This document shows positions 1-13,283 of a stretch of 64,000 nucleotides of DNA, piece by piece; position 1 is the first letter of the stretch, and the number at the start of each line of letters is the position of its first letter. Origin of the DNA: Minutocellus sp. GHC0000111 (Eukaryota); the NCBI GenBank assembly GCA_977018835.1, contig OZ361260.1, positions 2,294,001-2,358,000 on the forward strand, in the 5' to 3' direction. Under the pieces are notes generated by a model, which did not search any database, was not told where the DNA came from, and saw only the letters and a list, made by a program, of their open reading frames with translations. The position numbers were made by a program, and so were the translations under genes.

Positions 1-1
1 T

Positions 2-514
2 GGCCCCGCCCGGGGCAGCACGAGAAAGCTTGCCTCCCTCTTCCTTGTTGGCTGATGCCGATTCTTCGTTGGCTTCATCTTCGCCTGCATCATCGTTATT
101 CTTGGCACTGCGCTCAAAGCCAAAGGAGAGCGGCAAGCTGTCCTCGGCCATCATCTCTCTGGCCTGCCGCAGGTTGTCGGACTCGGGATTTTGTTCCTTG
201 TCGAAGAAGTCGTCCATCTTGCCACCCTTGCGACCACCGTTGCCGCCGCCGCCACCTCCAGGTGGAGGCCGATCACCCAAACCGCCGCCGACGTCGTCCG
301 ACATGAATCGTCTGGTCAGAGGCACATTGCAAGTACCTTGCGACGACGGAGACGCACATGATGCGAGGGGATGGGAGGGGACAAAGGCCAGGGCGGGATC
401 AGCCGAAAGGCAGCAGGATGTCAGGGCCACGGCAGCAGCGGCTGCGACGGTGCCACATGTCAAAGTAGCGGCCGTGGTTCTTTGTCGTGCCGGTCGTCTG
501 CTTTGCTTGCCCAT
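2..514 (-). CDS. Plastid-targeted protein of unknown function, N-terminal part (runs off window start)
   Basis: ATG at 514 opens MGKQSRRPARQRTTAATLTCGTVAAAAAVALTSCCLSADPALAFVP, a signal peptide with an ALA-F motif, followed by a transit-like and an acidic region. Not in the ORF track because it is truncated. Confidence 0.7.
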   Translation of the reverse strand, partial: MGKQSRRPARQRTTAATLTCGTVAAAAAVALTSCCLSADPALAFVPSHPLASCASPSSQGTCNVPLTRRFMSDDVGGGLGDRPPPGGGGGGNGGRKGGKMDDFFDKEQNPESDNLRQAREMMAEDSLPLSFGFERSAKNNDDAGEDEANEESASANKEEGGKLSRAAPGGA

Positions 515-868
515 ATCTGGCCAAAATGAATGTATTTTTAGTCACAAGAGGAGCTCCGAATAGCGAGGATGATGGGCCAGGAGTGAAAGCTGCCGACGTA
601 GGAGAGAGTAAGGTTGAAGCGGAAGATGTGGCGCCGTCGGATTGGATGTGCCGGCATCGTCTTCGATCGAGATCATGACGGGGTTGTGCGTCACTACTCC
701 GTACGTACGAGTACGAAGCAGCACTGTGAGTCGAGCGACTCGGCTCGATTGATTCTCGCTCCGTCCGAGAACAAGGCAAGAAAGCCTGCTCAAGAAGCAA
801 ACGCTGGAATCTCGAGACAATCATGTACACGTTATTATGTATTATATTCTAATTAAAGATCCTCTGAC

Positions 869-1789
869 TTAAACACCCTCTTCGTTGCTGTGGGTTCCGC
901 TGCTATCATCGTTCGGTTCCTCCTGCATCATCATCTTCTTGCCTTCTCCATTTCCCTCTGAACCCTTCTTGCTGCTGCACTTTTTCCTGAAACAAAAGAA
1001 GGCAAAGAGAAGCACAAGGAAAGAACCGACCGTGGCCGCTGCGATCGTAACCTTGCGCTGCCAGTCATTGTACTTGCCGCTAAACTGCTCGGCAGATGAT
1101 TCGTATGTATCGAGTTCCAATTCGTCCGCGGTGATAACGCCATTGGAATTGCCCATCTCGTTCTCTCCATTCATGTCGTTATCGTCACCATTATTTTCTT
1201 CCATGCCCACTGGATCTGCAACCGCAATCGGAGCGCCGGCCGCAACCAACGACTTGTACATGGCATCATCCGTCGTCAAGGGTTCTCCAGCGATGCACAC
1301 CAAGTCGATGCAGTATCTGTCGACGCCACCCTTGGGCAAGTTGTGACCGAGATGCGTCAGGCACTTGGATTCCATCCTCCCATCATCGTGAATAATAACA
1401 TTCTCCGAGATGATCTCGGCAGGACGGAAGCTGGGCCACCCATGATGGATGCTCTCCTCCTTGAATTCGTCAAAGGTACGACCGCGAGGCGCCACGAAAA
1501 GTGGAAGACCACACACGGAATCGTACCAAACGTGTTCTTTACTGGGATCTAGTCGGTCAAAGAGACGGACCTCTGGTGCCTTCAGGTAACCCTTGTATTC
1601 GGCGAAGCGATGATTGTGACAGCAGATGCGATCGGCCGTACTGTAGTCCAGCTCGGCACCCAAGAAGTTGACGAGATCAGGCTGGGGATCGAAACCGTAG
1701 CACTGCTGCCGCTGACCGGCAGCAGACGCCGCCAGAACCTCAGCCGAGAGCACGGAGAGGTAAAGCGCGGCGGAGAGGTCAGTTTTCAT
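869..1789 (-). CDS. Signal-peptide, single-TM protein with an algal MsrB/SelR-like domain
   Basis: 306 aa. N-terminal signal; ICCHNHRFAE, YDSVCGLPLF, HGWPSF, THLGHNLP, RYCIDLVCIAG motifs; C-terminal TM helix followed by RKK. Confidence 0.75.
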   Translation of the reverse strand: MKTDLSAALYLSVLSAEVLAASAAGQRQQCYGFDPQPDLVNFLGAELDYSTADRICCHNHRFAEYKGYLKAPEVRLFDRLDPSKEHVWYDSVCGLPLFVAPRGRTFDEFKEESIHHGWPSFRPAEIISENVIIHDDGRMESKCLTHLGHNLPKGGVDRYCIDLVCIAGEPLTTDDAMYKSLVAAGAPIAVADPVGMEENNGDDNDMNGENEMGNSNGVITADELELDTYESSAEQFSGKYNDWQRKVTIAAATVGSFLVLLFAFFCFRKKCSSKKGSEGNGEGKKMMMQEEPNDDSSGTHSNEEGV

Positions 1790-2075
1790 CTTGGTGGTCT
1801 CTTTACGAATGGAATCAATTCCTTGTTATTCGCGGCCCCGGCAACCTTCGAGAACATGCTTGCGCAGCTTTCGCCGTTTCCGAAAAGTGCTTGAGCAGAA
1901 TTATGCTCTTTCTCAAAAGCTTTGGCGAAAGGAGAGAGTTGAGAAATTATGGTTTCGATTTCGCGTGATTCAGAATGGCTATCAAAAGATACGAGTTGCG
2001 CTAAGCAGAGGCGAGGCCAGCAACACATCAACACATCTTGTGCAGAAAAGAAGCAGAATAGCTAACTGAATGCTG

Positions 2076-2926
<851 letters not shown>

Positions 2927-3361
2927 TGAACCTCGTTCGCAGAATAATTCCGTGAAACGCTTCTTTCTGATGCGGTTGTTCGGTGAAAAACTGCGGCCGC
3001 ATCCGCAAAATCTGGTAGTTTGTCTTGTATTGAAGTGTCAAAAAGAAACGTTTTGGCTAATTATTAGTCTAATCGTCACAACAGTCACAACAGAGTCTGT
3101 CCGCCTCCGTAACCTCGCCCAAGTGGCTGAGTGCGCGAAGCAGCACATACGAGTACTAGTACGAAGTCCGTTTCGCGAGAAATCGAGCGCAGGGTCGGGA
3201 CCAAAACAGCGACTTTTTGGGCCCGCAACCGCCTGAATCTTAGATCTACCGGCATTGAATACATGTACAATGCAAAGTACATGTATTGCAGCAGCTAGTA
3301 TCCAGATCTACAATCCAATCTAGTATTATTAAACACAATATAACTTAAAAGCACCGCAGGA

Positions 3362-5086
3362 CTAATTATCCATGGTTGGATCAGCAGGAGGAGGAGCGAT
3401 AATTTTCCCATCTATCCGAACCATGCCATTTTCAGTCGGCCTGAAATCCTTTCGCACCCCAACATGAATGCCTTCACCGTTTCCAAGAAAATCATTGTTG
3501 CCTTTTGCAACGATTACCTTCTTTGCAATTCTATGAGCCTGGATGTATGCCGATGCGATCTTCCAGTTTTCCAGCCCCATCCAAACTTCCTCCGCTGCAT
3601 CCCAAGTCTGATCCTCTGTCAAAACCTTCAGCCCTTCCCGATCGCGGCACAACATTGTATGCTGCTTTGACATGCAAGGGAAAACAGACAGATCAAGAAC
3701 ATTCATATGGGGCATTTGCGGGGCCTGAGGTTCCCAACGCCATCCCTTGTCCCGACAGTATCCTTCCACATATTCCACAAATTCAGTCTCGGCATGGGGC
3801 CCAGCATTGTCGCCCTGGAAAATAGGGACATAGCCTTCAAACTTTCCGGCAGGTCCGACCAAAGCCTCAACATCCGGAAATATCTTGTTCTCAAACAAAG
3901 CTTTCAGTGGGAACTTGGGATTATCAAGGGTGCCATGGCTGCATCCAGTCACCGCGCAATCCACAAGGTATAGATCGTCTTTCTTCCGAACCACCGGGCC
4001 GCAATATTTGATTCTACCATCTGCCTGCCGCACCGCCTCCCTTACCATCTGCCTCGCAATTTTATGCGCCTGAGCCCGAAAAAGTCCAAGCTTGAACGCA
4101 ATGCCGCCATTCTCAATGCTGTCAATAAAAGCCAAGGCAGTGACAGCCACCACCATGCACTTGTTGATGTGATTTCGGTGATATGCCGAGAAGGACCGAG
4201 GATCAATACCCAATTCTGCAACTTGCTTGGCATACGATCGAAGAACCAAGCCCCAAAACCACTTCTCATCGAACATAACAAGGAGAAACTTGCCACCGCC
4301 GAGCCCCCAATTGTTTCGGAATTTCCGCGCAAATGCCAAATGTTTCTCCATCTGATGTGTAGTAAGGAGAGGGATGATCCTTTCGGCATAGTACCGGAAC
4401 CCTTCCCGCGACATTATCCACCGCCGTATTGCCGAGTAGGAACACCAAAAGTTGACATCCACCTCCAGCTCCCGCCAAGATTCCCGAGGATTTCGTATCA
4501 GAGCATCAACAATAACATCTCGAATGTATGGCTGCATAGCCAGATGAGATCTCCTCTTCATCTCCCACATCGCCTTCTCAGATGCAGGTAGAGCACCATA
4601 CGCCTTCATCCATCCCGAAAATCGTGCACCATGCTCTGCGCTGGACAGCACCGAATAGTCCACCTTTGCCTGCTCCCTGCACTTGGCAATTGCAAAGAGA
4701 CATGGTGCAGCATACCGCCGGGTCGCCGTTGCAAGATCGTCGATGACAGAACGGAAGGCGGCCGAATCAGATGAATCATCGGCACTCGTTGGGAAGCAGT
4801 ATACAGGTCCAAGTATGCCGATCGCGTCATCGAAATGCTCAGCTTCGACTTCCGCCCGAGACACAAATGGATTGAACACATACTCACCGCTGTCTTGGCC
4901 ATCATCATTGACCAGGAGAAAACTCTCAAGATTGACGGGCCCGAGGATTTTGAGAAGCACATGCTCCTCAATGTCGTCAGTCGACTCGTCTGCCGGGCGA
5001 TAAGGGCCGAGAACATGCCCCTCGACATGGATGATGTCGTGGCAATAACTGAATCGGTGTACGACAAGGCCGCGGAGATGTTCCAC
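3362..5086 (-). CDS. Mariner-type transposase (plant-mariner-like, DD38D)
   Basis: Motifs MFDEKWF, FQGDNAGPH and QAPQMPHMNVLDLSVF; 38 residues between the second and third Asp. Start codon uncertain. Confidence 0.9.
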   Translation of the reverse strand: MEHLRGLVVHRFSYCHDIIHVEGHVLGPYRPADESTDDIEEHVLLKILGPVNLESFLLVNDDGQDSGEYVFNPFVSRAEVEAEHFDDAIGILGPVYCFPTSADDSSDSAAFRSVIDDLATATRRYAAPCLFAIAKCREQAKVDYSVLSSAEHGARFSGWMKAYGALPASEKAMWEMKRRSHLAMQPYIRDVIVDALIRNPRESWRELEVDVNFWCSYSAIRRWIMSREGFRYYAERIIPLLTTHQMEKHLAFARKFRNNWGLGGGKFLLVMFDEKWFWGLVLRSYAKQVAELGIDPRSFSAYHRNHINKCMVVAVTALAFIDSIENGGIAFKLGLFRAQAHKIARQMVREAVRQADGRIKYCGPVVRKKDDLYLVDCAVTGCSHGTLDNPKFPLKALFENKIFPDVEALVGPAGKFEGYVPIFQGDNAGPHAETEFVEYVEGYCRDKGWRWEPQAPQMPHMNVLDLSVFPCMSKQHTMLCRDREGLKVLTEDQTWDAAEEVWMGLENWKIASAYIQAHRIAKKVIVAKGNNDFLGNGEGIHVGVRKDFRPTENGMVRIDGKIIAPPPADPTMDN

Positions 5087-6000
5087 TCCTCAGTTACCTT
5101 CATCTACAAGTTCAACGGCGTGAAGCGGGAGCTAAAGAAGCTCAAGCTCATCCCGGATTGGCTGTGGTGCGAGATCCGGGACGAATGCATCGTACTGCCG
5201 ATCCGAGGCGAGTATCATGCCATCGTTCAAGATGAAGACGAGATGGAGGCCGAACCGTCGCGTCGCACGAACCACAGCCCCATCTCGTCTTGTTTCGCCG
5301 GTCGGATGAAGCGTTTTTCGGCAGAAGACGAACACGTCACGAAGAAACCCACCAAAACCCAATCTCGTTCGTCACCCATTCTTTGACCGTCCAACACCAT
5401 GGAGGTCCGTCGGCGTTGCGCCGGCGTATAACTATGTTTTCGTACCAAATACGCATTCATTATCATGTTTGGATATAGTTGAAGCTTACTGTGTCCTCAG
5501 ATTGGCCTCCGCTGCGTGTCAACGCCACGAACCATCGGCCTGCTTTTCCTCCATCTGTCGGCCGTTCGTTTCTCTGGGCTGGTGCCATTGCTCCGTCTTT
5601 GTGCTCGTCGTGCTCCCGTTGTGATGCCCCAGACCCTCTGGTACTTTCCCACGTTGTTGTTGATGATAAACTGCCGGGATTGCGCCGCACCCCCCGTATG
5701 ACCGACTCTCGCTGATCCCGACCGATCGCATCCCCACTCGACCTCCCGGAGTTCCGACGACAACAATTTTGCGCCCGAGGAGAGACAGACAGTGCTGGGA
5801 TAAGTTTATGCAACAATCAACCCGACAAAGGGACTTTTTGGTCTGGGAGATAAATGGGTGAGTTAAGAAGGACGTGATGTGTTTGTTTGGGTGTGCCATT
5901 TACTTTTTTGCTCAATCGCGACATGCTGTTTGTAAAAGTTGATTGGATCATGCAATTCATTTGTTGTTGTGTAGCAGCAGTGTAATTTCATTTTCTAATT

Positions 6001-6990
6001 TTATACATGCCCTGCTCCCATCTCTACATCCTCATCTCCATCGGTGGCCATCATGATCATTTGTTGGCGCTTGTCATCAGTTTCTGCTTTAACAGCTTCG
6101 GTCCTTGTCCTTTTCCTTGTTCTTGCCACCCGAGAGTTTCGCTCCCGCCTCTCCTCGACCTTTGGATTGGATGCCCTCTCCTCAGCCTTGAACTGCGCCG
6201 TCTGTTGGGCCTCATGTCCCTTGACGCCCTGAGTCCGACGATCTTCCTTAACGCCCTCTTGGTGGTGGGCTCGCTCTACAAACGATTCGTCGAGCCAACA
6301 GATGCCGCCCCATCCATTCTTCACTAGCCAAATGTGTTGGTCCAAGATGTGATCTTCGAGTAAGTGCCACTTGGGCGTTGTGCTAATGCCGATTGCCCGT
6401 GCTTGCTTGAGGGCACTTGCAATCAATGCTTCAAGCTCTCTCACAGCCTTCTTTGCCTCATCATCCCATTTCATGTGCCATTTCAGAAACCTGGAATGTG
6501 TTGCGTCAAGAGTGTGGAGCAAATTAGAGCAAGCTTTGCAGAGCTCTTTGATGTCGTCATCCGTCATGCCATCTTCCTCGCGATTGTGCTCTAGGAGAGC
6601 TCCTTTGGTGGAGGTGTCATGGTGGATGAACTCTGTTGTCCTTGGTTTCTTCTTGTTGTTGCCATCAGAAACATTAATGGACAAAGCTCTCCAGCATTCT
6701 GCCAGCACTGCCCTTATTTTACCTGAGTCGGCCGCCTCAATGCCGGCCTTTTTCAGGAAATGGAAGTGAGGGGCATCGTCGTCCTCGGCATCATCGACAG
6801 CTCCCATCTCTGGCTCGCCATCACCGTGCTTCTGACGACTCTTCTCAAAGCACTGCTGCATGCATGCTTCAAGTGCAGCGTCCTCTCTTGCAACATCAAC
6901 TTCGTCCTCATAAATGGGCACATAGTCCTCGTCTTCGTCGTCATCGTCCTCACTGATCTCGCCGGCCTCCGTCGTGGTCAGGGTGCCCAC
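6001..6990 (-). pseudogene. Transib/Chapaev/RAG1-like transposase C-terminal remnant
   Basis: TPKWHLLEDH...GGICWLDESFVERAH resembles the KxHxxxxH...E-x-x-ERxH C-terminal signature. No N-terminal catalytic region is recognisable; 6990-7800 holds only broken ORFs. Confidence 0.6.
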
Positions 6991-9483
6991 CGTCCCAACA
7001 TCGTCGTCATTGTCCCACCCATCGTCCTGGCCATTGTGTGCCCACCAGGGAGCTTCTGGGCCTCGAGCAACATCTGCCTGTTGATTTCGTAGTCCATCGC
7101 CGCATGTCCCACCGACACATGTGGTGCGACCGACTTGAGGAATGCATTACATGCCTTCGTCAAATTGAGCCGCGGCGGCGGTGTTTCGAGGCGAAATTGT
7201 TGCTCGACCGTGACCACGCATGTCGAAAGCCAGCCATCCATCCATCATCATGGAGAGCGTCGGCTGCACGAGGATTGACAGAACCGAGGCGAACAAACAT
7301 GCTCTCTTTTTGCATGGGGTTCGCTGAACGTCGTCGGCAAGGCAGTGTCTTGATGCCATTTCATCCCATCCATTCTGGTTGTCTGTCCTCACAAAAAACA
7401 CATCGTGGTCAGTCTTCTTCGTGTTTCTTCTTCTTCAAACCCAAGATGCCCGCAGTGTGCATGACGGCGCCGCACATGATGGGACTGCATCCCAACACAT
7501 TCATCAAGGAGTCGTTGTTGCCGATGAAATTGTAGTAATGAAGTTCCTTTCTGCGAAGACGGACGAGTGGTTCAGCCAGGGCGTCCTGCACCGCAACTCT
7601 CTGTCTGCGGCGTTGACCGCGGGATTGCGGCCGTTGTTTTTTTTGCTCATGGAGAACCATGGATCGAGACCAACTGGAACATCACCAGGATGTCGGGAGC
7701 ACCTGGTTGGTCTCGTGCCGTAATTCTCCCACACCAGCGCGAGATATCGCCTTCGTTCTGCACGTAGCGGCGGCAACTTGAATTTTTGCCGCGCCATGGT
7801 GGCTCGCGTTGGGCGCGCCGGTCGGTTGCTTCGCGCGCCGGCCGGCCACCGAAAGTGCGACCAAAAGTATGCGAGTCATCCGGCTGGCAGATGGTGCTGT
7901 GGAACGCGTCCATTTGATTAGAGCCGCTGAAATCTAAAGTCTTATCCGAATTATTGTTTCACATGAAGATAAATCAAAATTAGAGTAAAAATAGCCATTT
8001 TCTTAAATATTTCAGCATGACTATTCTTCGAGGCGCTTTTCAATCCCCTCGAAAGCAGTCAAAAACCGGGCGCTCGATTTCTCGCGAATCTGACCTCGTG
8101 CTGCATGTAATGAAAAACAAAGCAAACAGCCAAAATGGAACTATCAACTCGCGGTATCGGCTGCTCCGCTGTCTCCGGCAGCGGCATCGACACATTCCGA
8201 CATCATCGCCGGTTCAAGCGTGGCAACATGCGCAACGAATGTCAATGCATCCTCACGGGTCGTGCTTGATTTGCTGCACATCACGCGAGTCCACGTTCCA
8301 CGCTGGTGCTTGCTTTTGCGTCTGTTTCATCATGTGCCAAGATACAGACGAACCGCTTGCGCCGCCGCCTTGGCCGCCACCAATGCTGGTCTCGTCGTCG
8401 CGCATCGTTACATTAGCTGTGTCTTGTATCTGATTGCCGCCCATTGGGTGCCGTATCTGATGTTCCTTGCTCGGCTCCACGGCCATGGCTCTTCCCGGCG
8501 AACTGAACGACGAACGGACCGTACTTAGGGGGTGTGCATTGCTGTGACATCCAAGACTGTTTTAGTAAGCAATGTTGTTGACTCCACTCCCCTAGCTTTC
8601 TGTTTGTCAGAATTTCTGTCTGAATGATTTTTGAAGTTTCTACGTCGACTACGTGACGTCATCATCTCACCCAAAAGGCCTTTTGCATTCTCACTCGCTC
8701 GACATCCAACAGAGCAGCAGTCCCTCCACTTTCATCGGCAACGGTATCTACCACCGCGCCGCCTTGACCAACAAACCACCGCCGCCGCTCGACGCCGCGT
8801 CGGAAGAGGAGCTCGTACAGCGCGCGAATACGTTCGCTCCCGCGCACGTTCTGGTGAGTGCTGTCTTTCTTTTCGTTTTCGCTCTGTTCCATTTTGCTGT
8901 TTCTTCTGTTTGGAATTCATCTTTGGTTCTCCTCCCACCTCTCACGTCCCAACCTACCACCCATCGTCCTCAATACCATACCCCATGCCCCACACCATCC
9001 ACAGGCCACAGCTGCCATATCACTGTCGTCCGTCGGTCCCGTTCCTTCGTACGGCCCGACCAACCACCCCACGTCCGTTCGGTCCGGCCGCGTATCCAAA
9101 AGTCCCCACCGGTATTCAACTCGCCGACCATCTGCAACTTCTGTCCGACTGTACAGCGTCAACGCCGCCGTCATATCCGATACCTCCTCGGTAAGTTGTT
9201 GATGGAGGGAACGACCGCGGCATCGCACCGATGGCTGTATTGATTGTCTGTGGTGCTAGTACGCGTCGGCGTCTGCGTCGGCAGTCTGCCGTGGTCCATC
9301 GTCGGCGGCCATCAACGTCGTTGCTACATTCTCGGTGATGGCCAAGAGATATTGCAATAGTCGTCTCATTGTCCAGCCCGTTTGCTCTTCGTCCCTCGTC
9401 GACACCCTAAACTCCTATCCCCTTTCTCCAACAGACAAACTGGTTCCTCATCACGCCGCATCATCACCATCACCACCATCACG

Positions 9484-11331
9484 ATGAAAAACAACATCTG
9501 CTCAGTTTACATCAGTCAGCAAGGAATTGGCGGCAAGAAGTCGACTGGTGATGATTCCACTGCAACATTCGTTTCGGACGACACCAACCGAGAAAGCCAC
9601 AAGTCACCGGCCTTCACCCAAAAGGCGATTCGCGATGCCGTCCCGTGCCATCCGAACTCCAGTGAGGACACTGCCCTTCTTACTTTGGTCACCGGTTGTA
9701 CTCCGTATTATCTCAGCATCCTCGACCCCAAGAATCCTGGATCGTCCACCAACCCAGATAGGTTCAAGGCATCGTGCCATGGCCCAACAGCCAACTGCCC
9801 CTACGCCGACCTCAAGAATCTTCCGAGGGTGCAGCCCGGCCTTGAGTTTGACTGGCCGAGGGAATTTGAGTCCGCCCTCAATGCGCTGTTTGTAGCGGAT
9901 ATGCACGGCACCGGCACCGGCAACGACCCCCGCCCCGAGTACCACCAGATCGTCTACCTCCGAGGCCCCGACAACGTCCTAGGAGTCGGTCCTCATTTTG
10001 ACTACGGTCGTGTTGCCTCGTTCATGCTACGTGTCAATTTTGAACTGAGCGCGGTATCGGGCAAGCTAGTCTTCCACGCCCACAAGGCCGTTGCCAAGAA
10101 GGGCTCCACCGAGGAGGTGGAGGAGGAGGAGAGGGTTGATTCTGGATATGAGCTGGCCTCAAGGAAGTTGATCACCAAGGTCGAAATCGATCGTCCTCAG
10201 GGATCCAACCAATATGGAATCTCCCCAGGCCCCAACGGATCTGGTCTCTTTGTCGACTCGGGCGACGGCACGGGCATCCTCCTCAAGCACTCATTCGAGA
10301 TGGACGAGCGCAATGGCCAGCGCGTCATTTTTGTCGCCGACTTTCGCTACCGCCGCATCGAGTCCCTCCATTCAGCTATCGAGAGGCTCAAGAAGGGTCC
10401 TCTCTGTATCGCCAATCACCTCTCCGACAAGGCCAAGGCCAAACTGCAGGACTACATCGGTGGTCGGTCCCCGCGCGAGACGCTCGAGGCAGCCATGGAG
10501 GCGGCCAACCGCATTCGAGCCACCCCCATCTCGGATGCGATCCCTCGCTGCGAGAATCACGGCACGTGTGGTGGATTCGCCCTCACCTACAGCCCAGATG
10601 ATGACAAGATCAACGGGAAGTACGTCCCTCTCCGCTGCCATGAATGCAGGAAGGAGGGGGATTTGACCCGCCCCTGCCGCGGTGGTTGTGGAAAGAATTC
10701 CCGTCGGTCTGGTCACGAGTGGTGCAAGGAGTGCGGCAATGCGGGCGAGGGGTACAAGTGCAGCGGAGCTACCTGCGGTGTTTTGTTGACAAGTGAGAAC
10801 AGTAGTCCCGGAGCGAATTACTGCAGGGAGTGTCAATCAGCCTACAAGAAGAGAAAGCATGATAGCGACAGGAGTGCCGCGGTGGAAGCTGGTGCAAAGT
10901 TGCAAGAGTCCGGACGCTCGAGAGATTCCCTCATTGGCTACCAGGACATGCGTGCCATAGTCAAGGCCGTCTGCGAGTGCCGACAGGAATACGGCACTGT
11001 TGGTGTCACAAAAGAGGTCATGACGAGGCTTCTGGGACAGGCGGGTTTCCCACGCACACTCACCATAAAGCAGGTACAACACGCTTGGAATGGCAAAACG
11101 GGAAAGCCCGAAACATACGAGCAGTACGAAGGATCGGCCCAGGATTTGGCGAACGAAGCATTGGGGGATGTAGTTGAAGCCAAGTGCCCAACGTGCGGAT
11201 ATGAGAAGGATATCTGGTCTTTCAAGATCGACAAGAATCAAAGGTGCAATGGGTGCAAGAAGCCAGGCAATATCGGAAGTTCATTCCAAAGTGATGCAAT
11301 GCTACGTAGACATGGCTTTCTGCTACTGTAG
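9484..11331 (+). CDS. AlkB-like 2OG-Fe(II) dioxygenase fused to multiple Cys zinc-binding motifs (insertion cargo)
   Basis: Uninterrupted ORF. HQIVYLRG-VGPHFD (HxD), LKHSF (distal His), RVIFVADFR (terminal Arg pair), then about eight Cys pairs (CHEC, CRGGC, CKEC, CREC, CPTC, CNGC). Upstream donor-like sites at ~8853 and ~9191 and an acceptor at ~9434 suggest 5' exons. Confidence 0.65.
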   Translation: MKNNICSVYISQQGIGGKKSTGDDSTATFVSDDTNRESHKSPAFTQKAIRDAVPCHPNSSEDTALLTLVTGCTPYYLSILDPKNPGSSTNPDRFKASCHGPTANCPYADLKNLPRVQPGLEFDWPREFESALNALFVADMHGTGTGNDPRPEYHQIVYLRGPDNVLGVGPHFDYGRVASFMLRVNFELSAVSGKLVFHAHKAVAKKGSTEEVEEEERVDSGYELASRKLITKVEIDRPQGSNQYGISPGPNGSGLFVDSGDGTGILLKHSFEMDERNGQRVIFVADFRYRRIESLHSAIERLKKGPLCIANHLSDKAKAKLQDYIGGRSPRETLEAAMEAANRIRATPISDAIPRCENHGTCGGFALTYSPDDDKINGKYVPLRCHECRKEGDLTRPCRGGCGKNSRRSGHEWCKECGNAGEGYKCSGATCGVLLTSENSSPGANYCRECQSAYKKRKHDSDRSAAVEAGAKLQESGRSRDSLIGYQDMRAIVKAVCECRQEYGTVGVTKEVMTRLLGQAGFPRTLTIKQVQHAWNGKTGKPETYEQYEGSAQDLANEALGDVVEAKCPTCGYEKDIWSFKIDKNQRCNGCKKPGNIGSSFQSDAMLRRHGFLLL

Positions 11332-11402
11332 ATGCGTAGCAGCTCCCTAAGTTAGACTCACTCTCTTTTGTTAACTTCATATTCAATTGAGCAAACGAAT
11401 AG

Positions 11403-12532
<1,130 letters not shown>

Positions 12533-12599
12533 TTTTTACATAACTTATTATTATATAAATATTTGTACATTGCATTTTATGCCTAAATGAGTAGCGTGG

Positions 12600-13283
12600 C
12601 TATGCATGCTTCTTTGATTCATGTGCCCGTGTATTCTCGGTCGAGCACAAAGTATCTTCCATCTTTACCACCTTTGTTTTGTAAGACAATAGCATATCTA
12701 TCATTTTGACCCACCATCCTACCTGCAAACACTGTAAAACGAGAAGGATACCAAATACGATGTTTTTCACCCCGATTATGCCGGCCACTTCTCGCAATAT
12801 AGATATTGGAAGATACATTATTCTGGTTGCTGTAAACAGGGCAACAAGGAAGGCGAAATCCTGGCGAGTCTTGGTCTTCTTCCATCGATGAATGTTACTT
12901 AATTCGATCATGTAGCCTCGACTCATGAGACGAACACCTCGAAAGGGACCGGACACATATCCGCAACATCCAAGAGCAATGGCTGCCATGGCATGTACAA
13001 GGAACACCCCGTCTACTCTCACAAGACAGTCCACAAAATCCATGGCAAAGTAGCTTGTTGAGAACAGGATAGGTATGCTCTCGGAAAATTTTGCATCGTC
13101 ATCGTGGTAAAGGGATGTTGCCGAAAGACAACACACAATAAGAGCATGACCCTGGTGGGCAGACGAAGATCGCGCAAACGTCTCAATCCCCCCTTTGTGA
13201 AAGCAGTAGGCGTAAACGAGAGCCCATCCAGCAAGGAAGGGAATAAGAAGCCATCCGTGTGGATCGGCCTGATATTCTTCCAA
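12600..13283 (-). CDS. TLC (TRAM/LAG1/CLN8) domain membrane protein
   Basis: Multiple TM helices; SYFAMD, FLVH, MIELSN, FTATRI motifs. No in-frame ATG upstream, so the start is uncertain. Confidence 0.75.
   Translation of the reverse strand: MEEYQADPHGWLLIPFLAGWALVYAYCFHKGGIETFARSSSAHQGHALIVCCLSATSLYHDDDAKFSESIPILFSTSYFAMDFVDCLVRVDGVFLVHAMAAIALGCCGYVSGPFRGVRLMSRGYMIELSNIHRWKKTKTRQDFAFLVALFTATRIMYLPISILREVAGIIGVKNIVFGILLVLQCLQVGWWVKMIDMLLSYKTKVVKMEDTLCSTENTRAHESKKHA

Larger units (their letters stand above)
3162..8098 (-). mobile_element. IS630-Tc1-mariner DNA transposon, ~4.9 kb, with 29-bp TIRs
   Basis: 3162-3190 CGAAGTCCGTTTCGCGAGAAATCGAGCGC versus the reverse complement of 8070-8098 CGAGGTCAGATTCGCGAGAAATCGAGCGC (26/29 identical). 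Left flank TA, right flank TG. Encloses the transposase. Confidence 0.85.

Noticed and set aside
30..563. 177-aa plus-strand ORF
   Set aside because: Antisense shadow of the minus-strand plastid-targeted gene.
8523..11352. ACTTAGGG...CCCTAAGT as TIRs around the AlkB-like gene
   Set aside because: Only 8 bp match and it does not extend inward.
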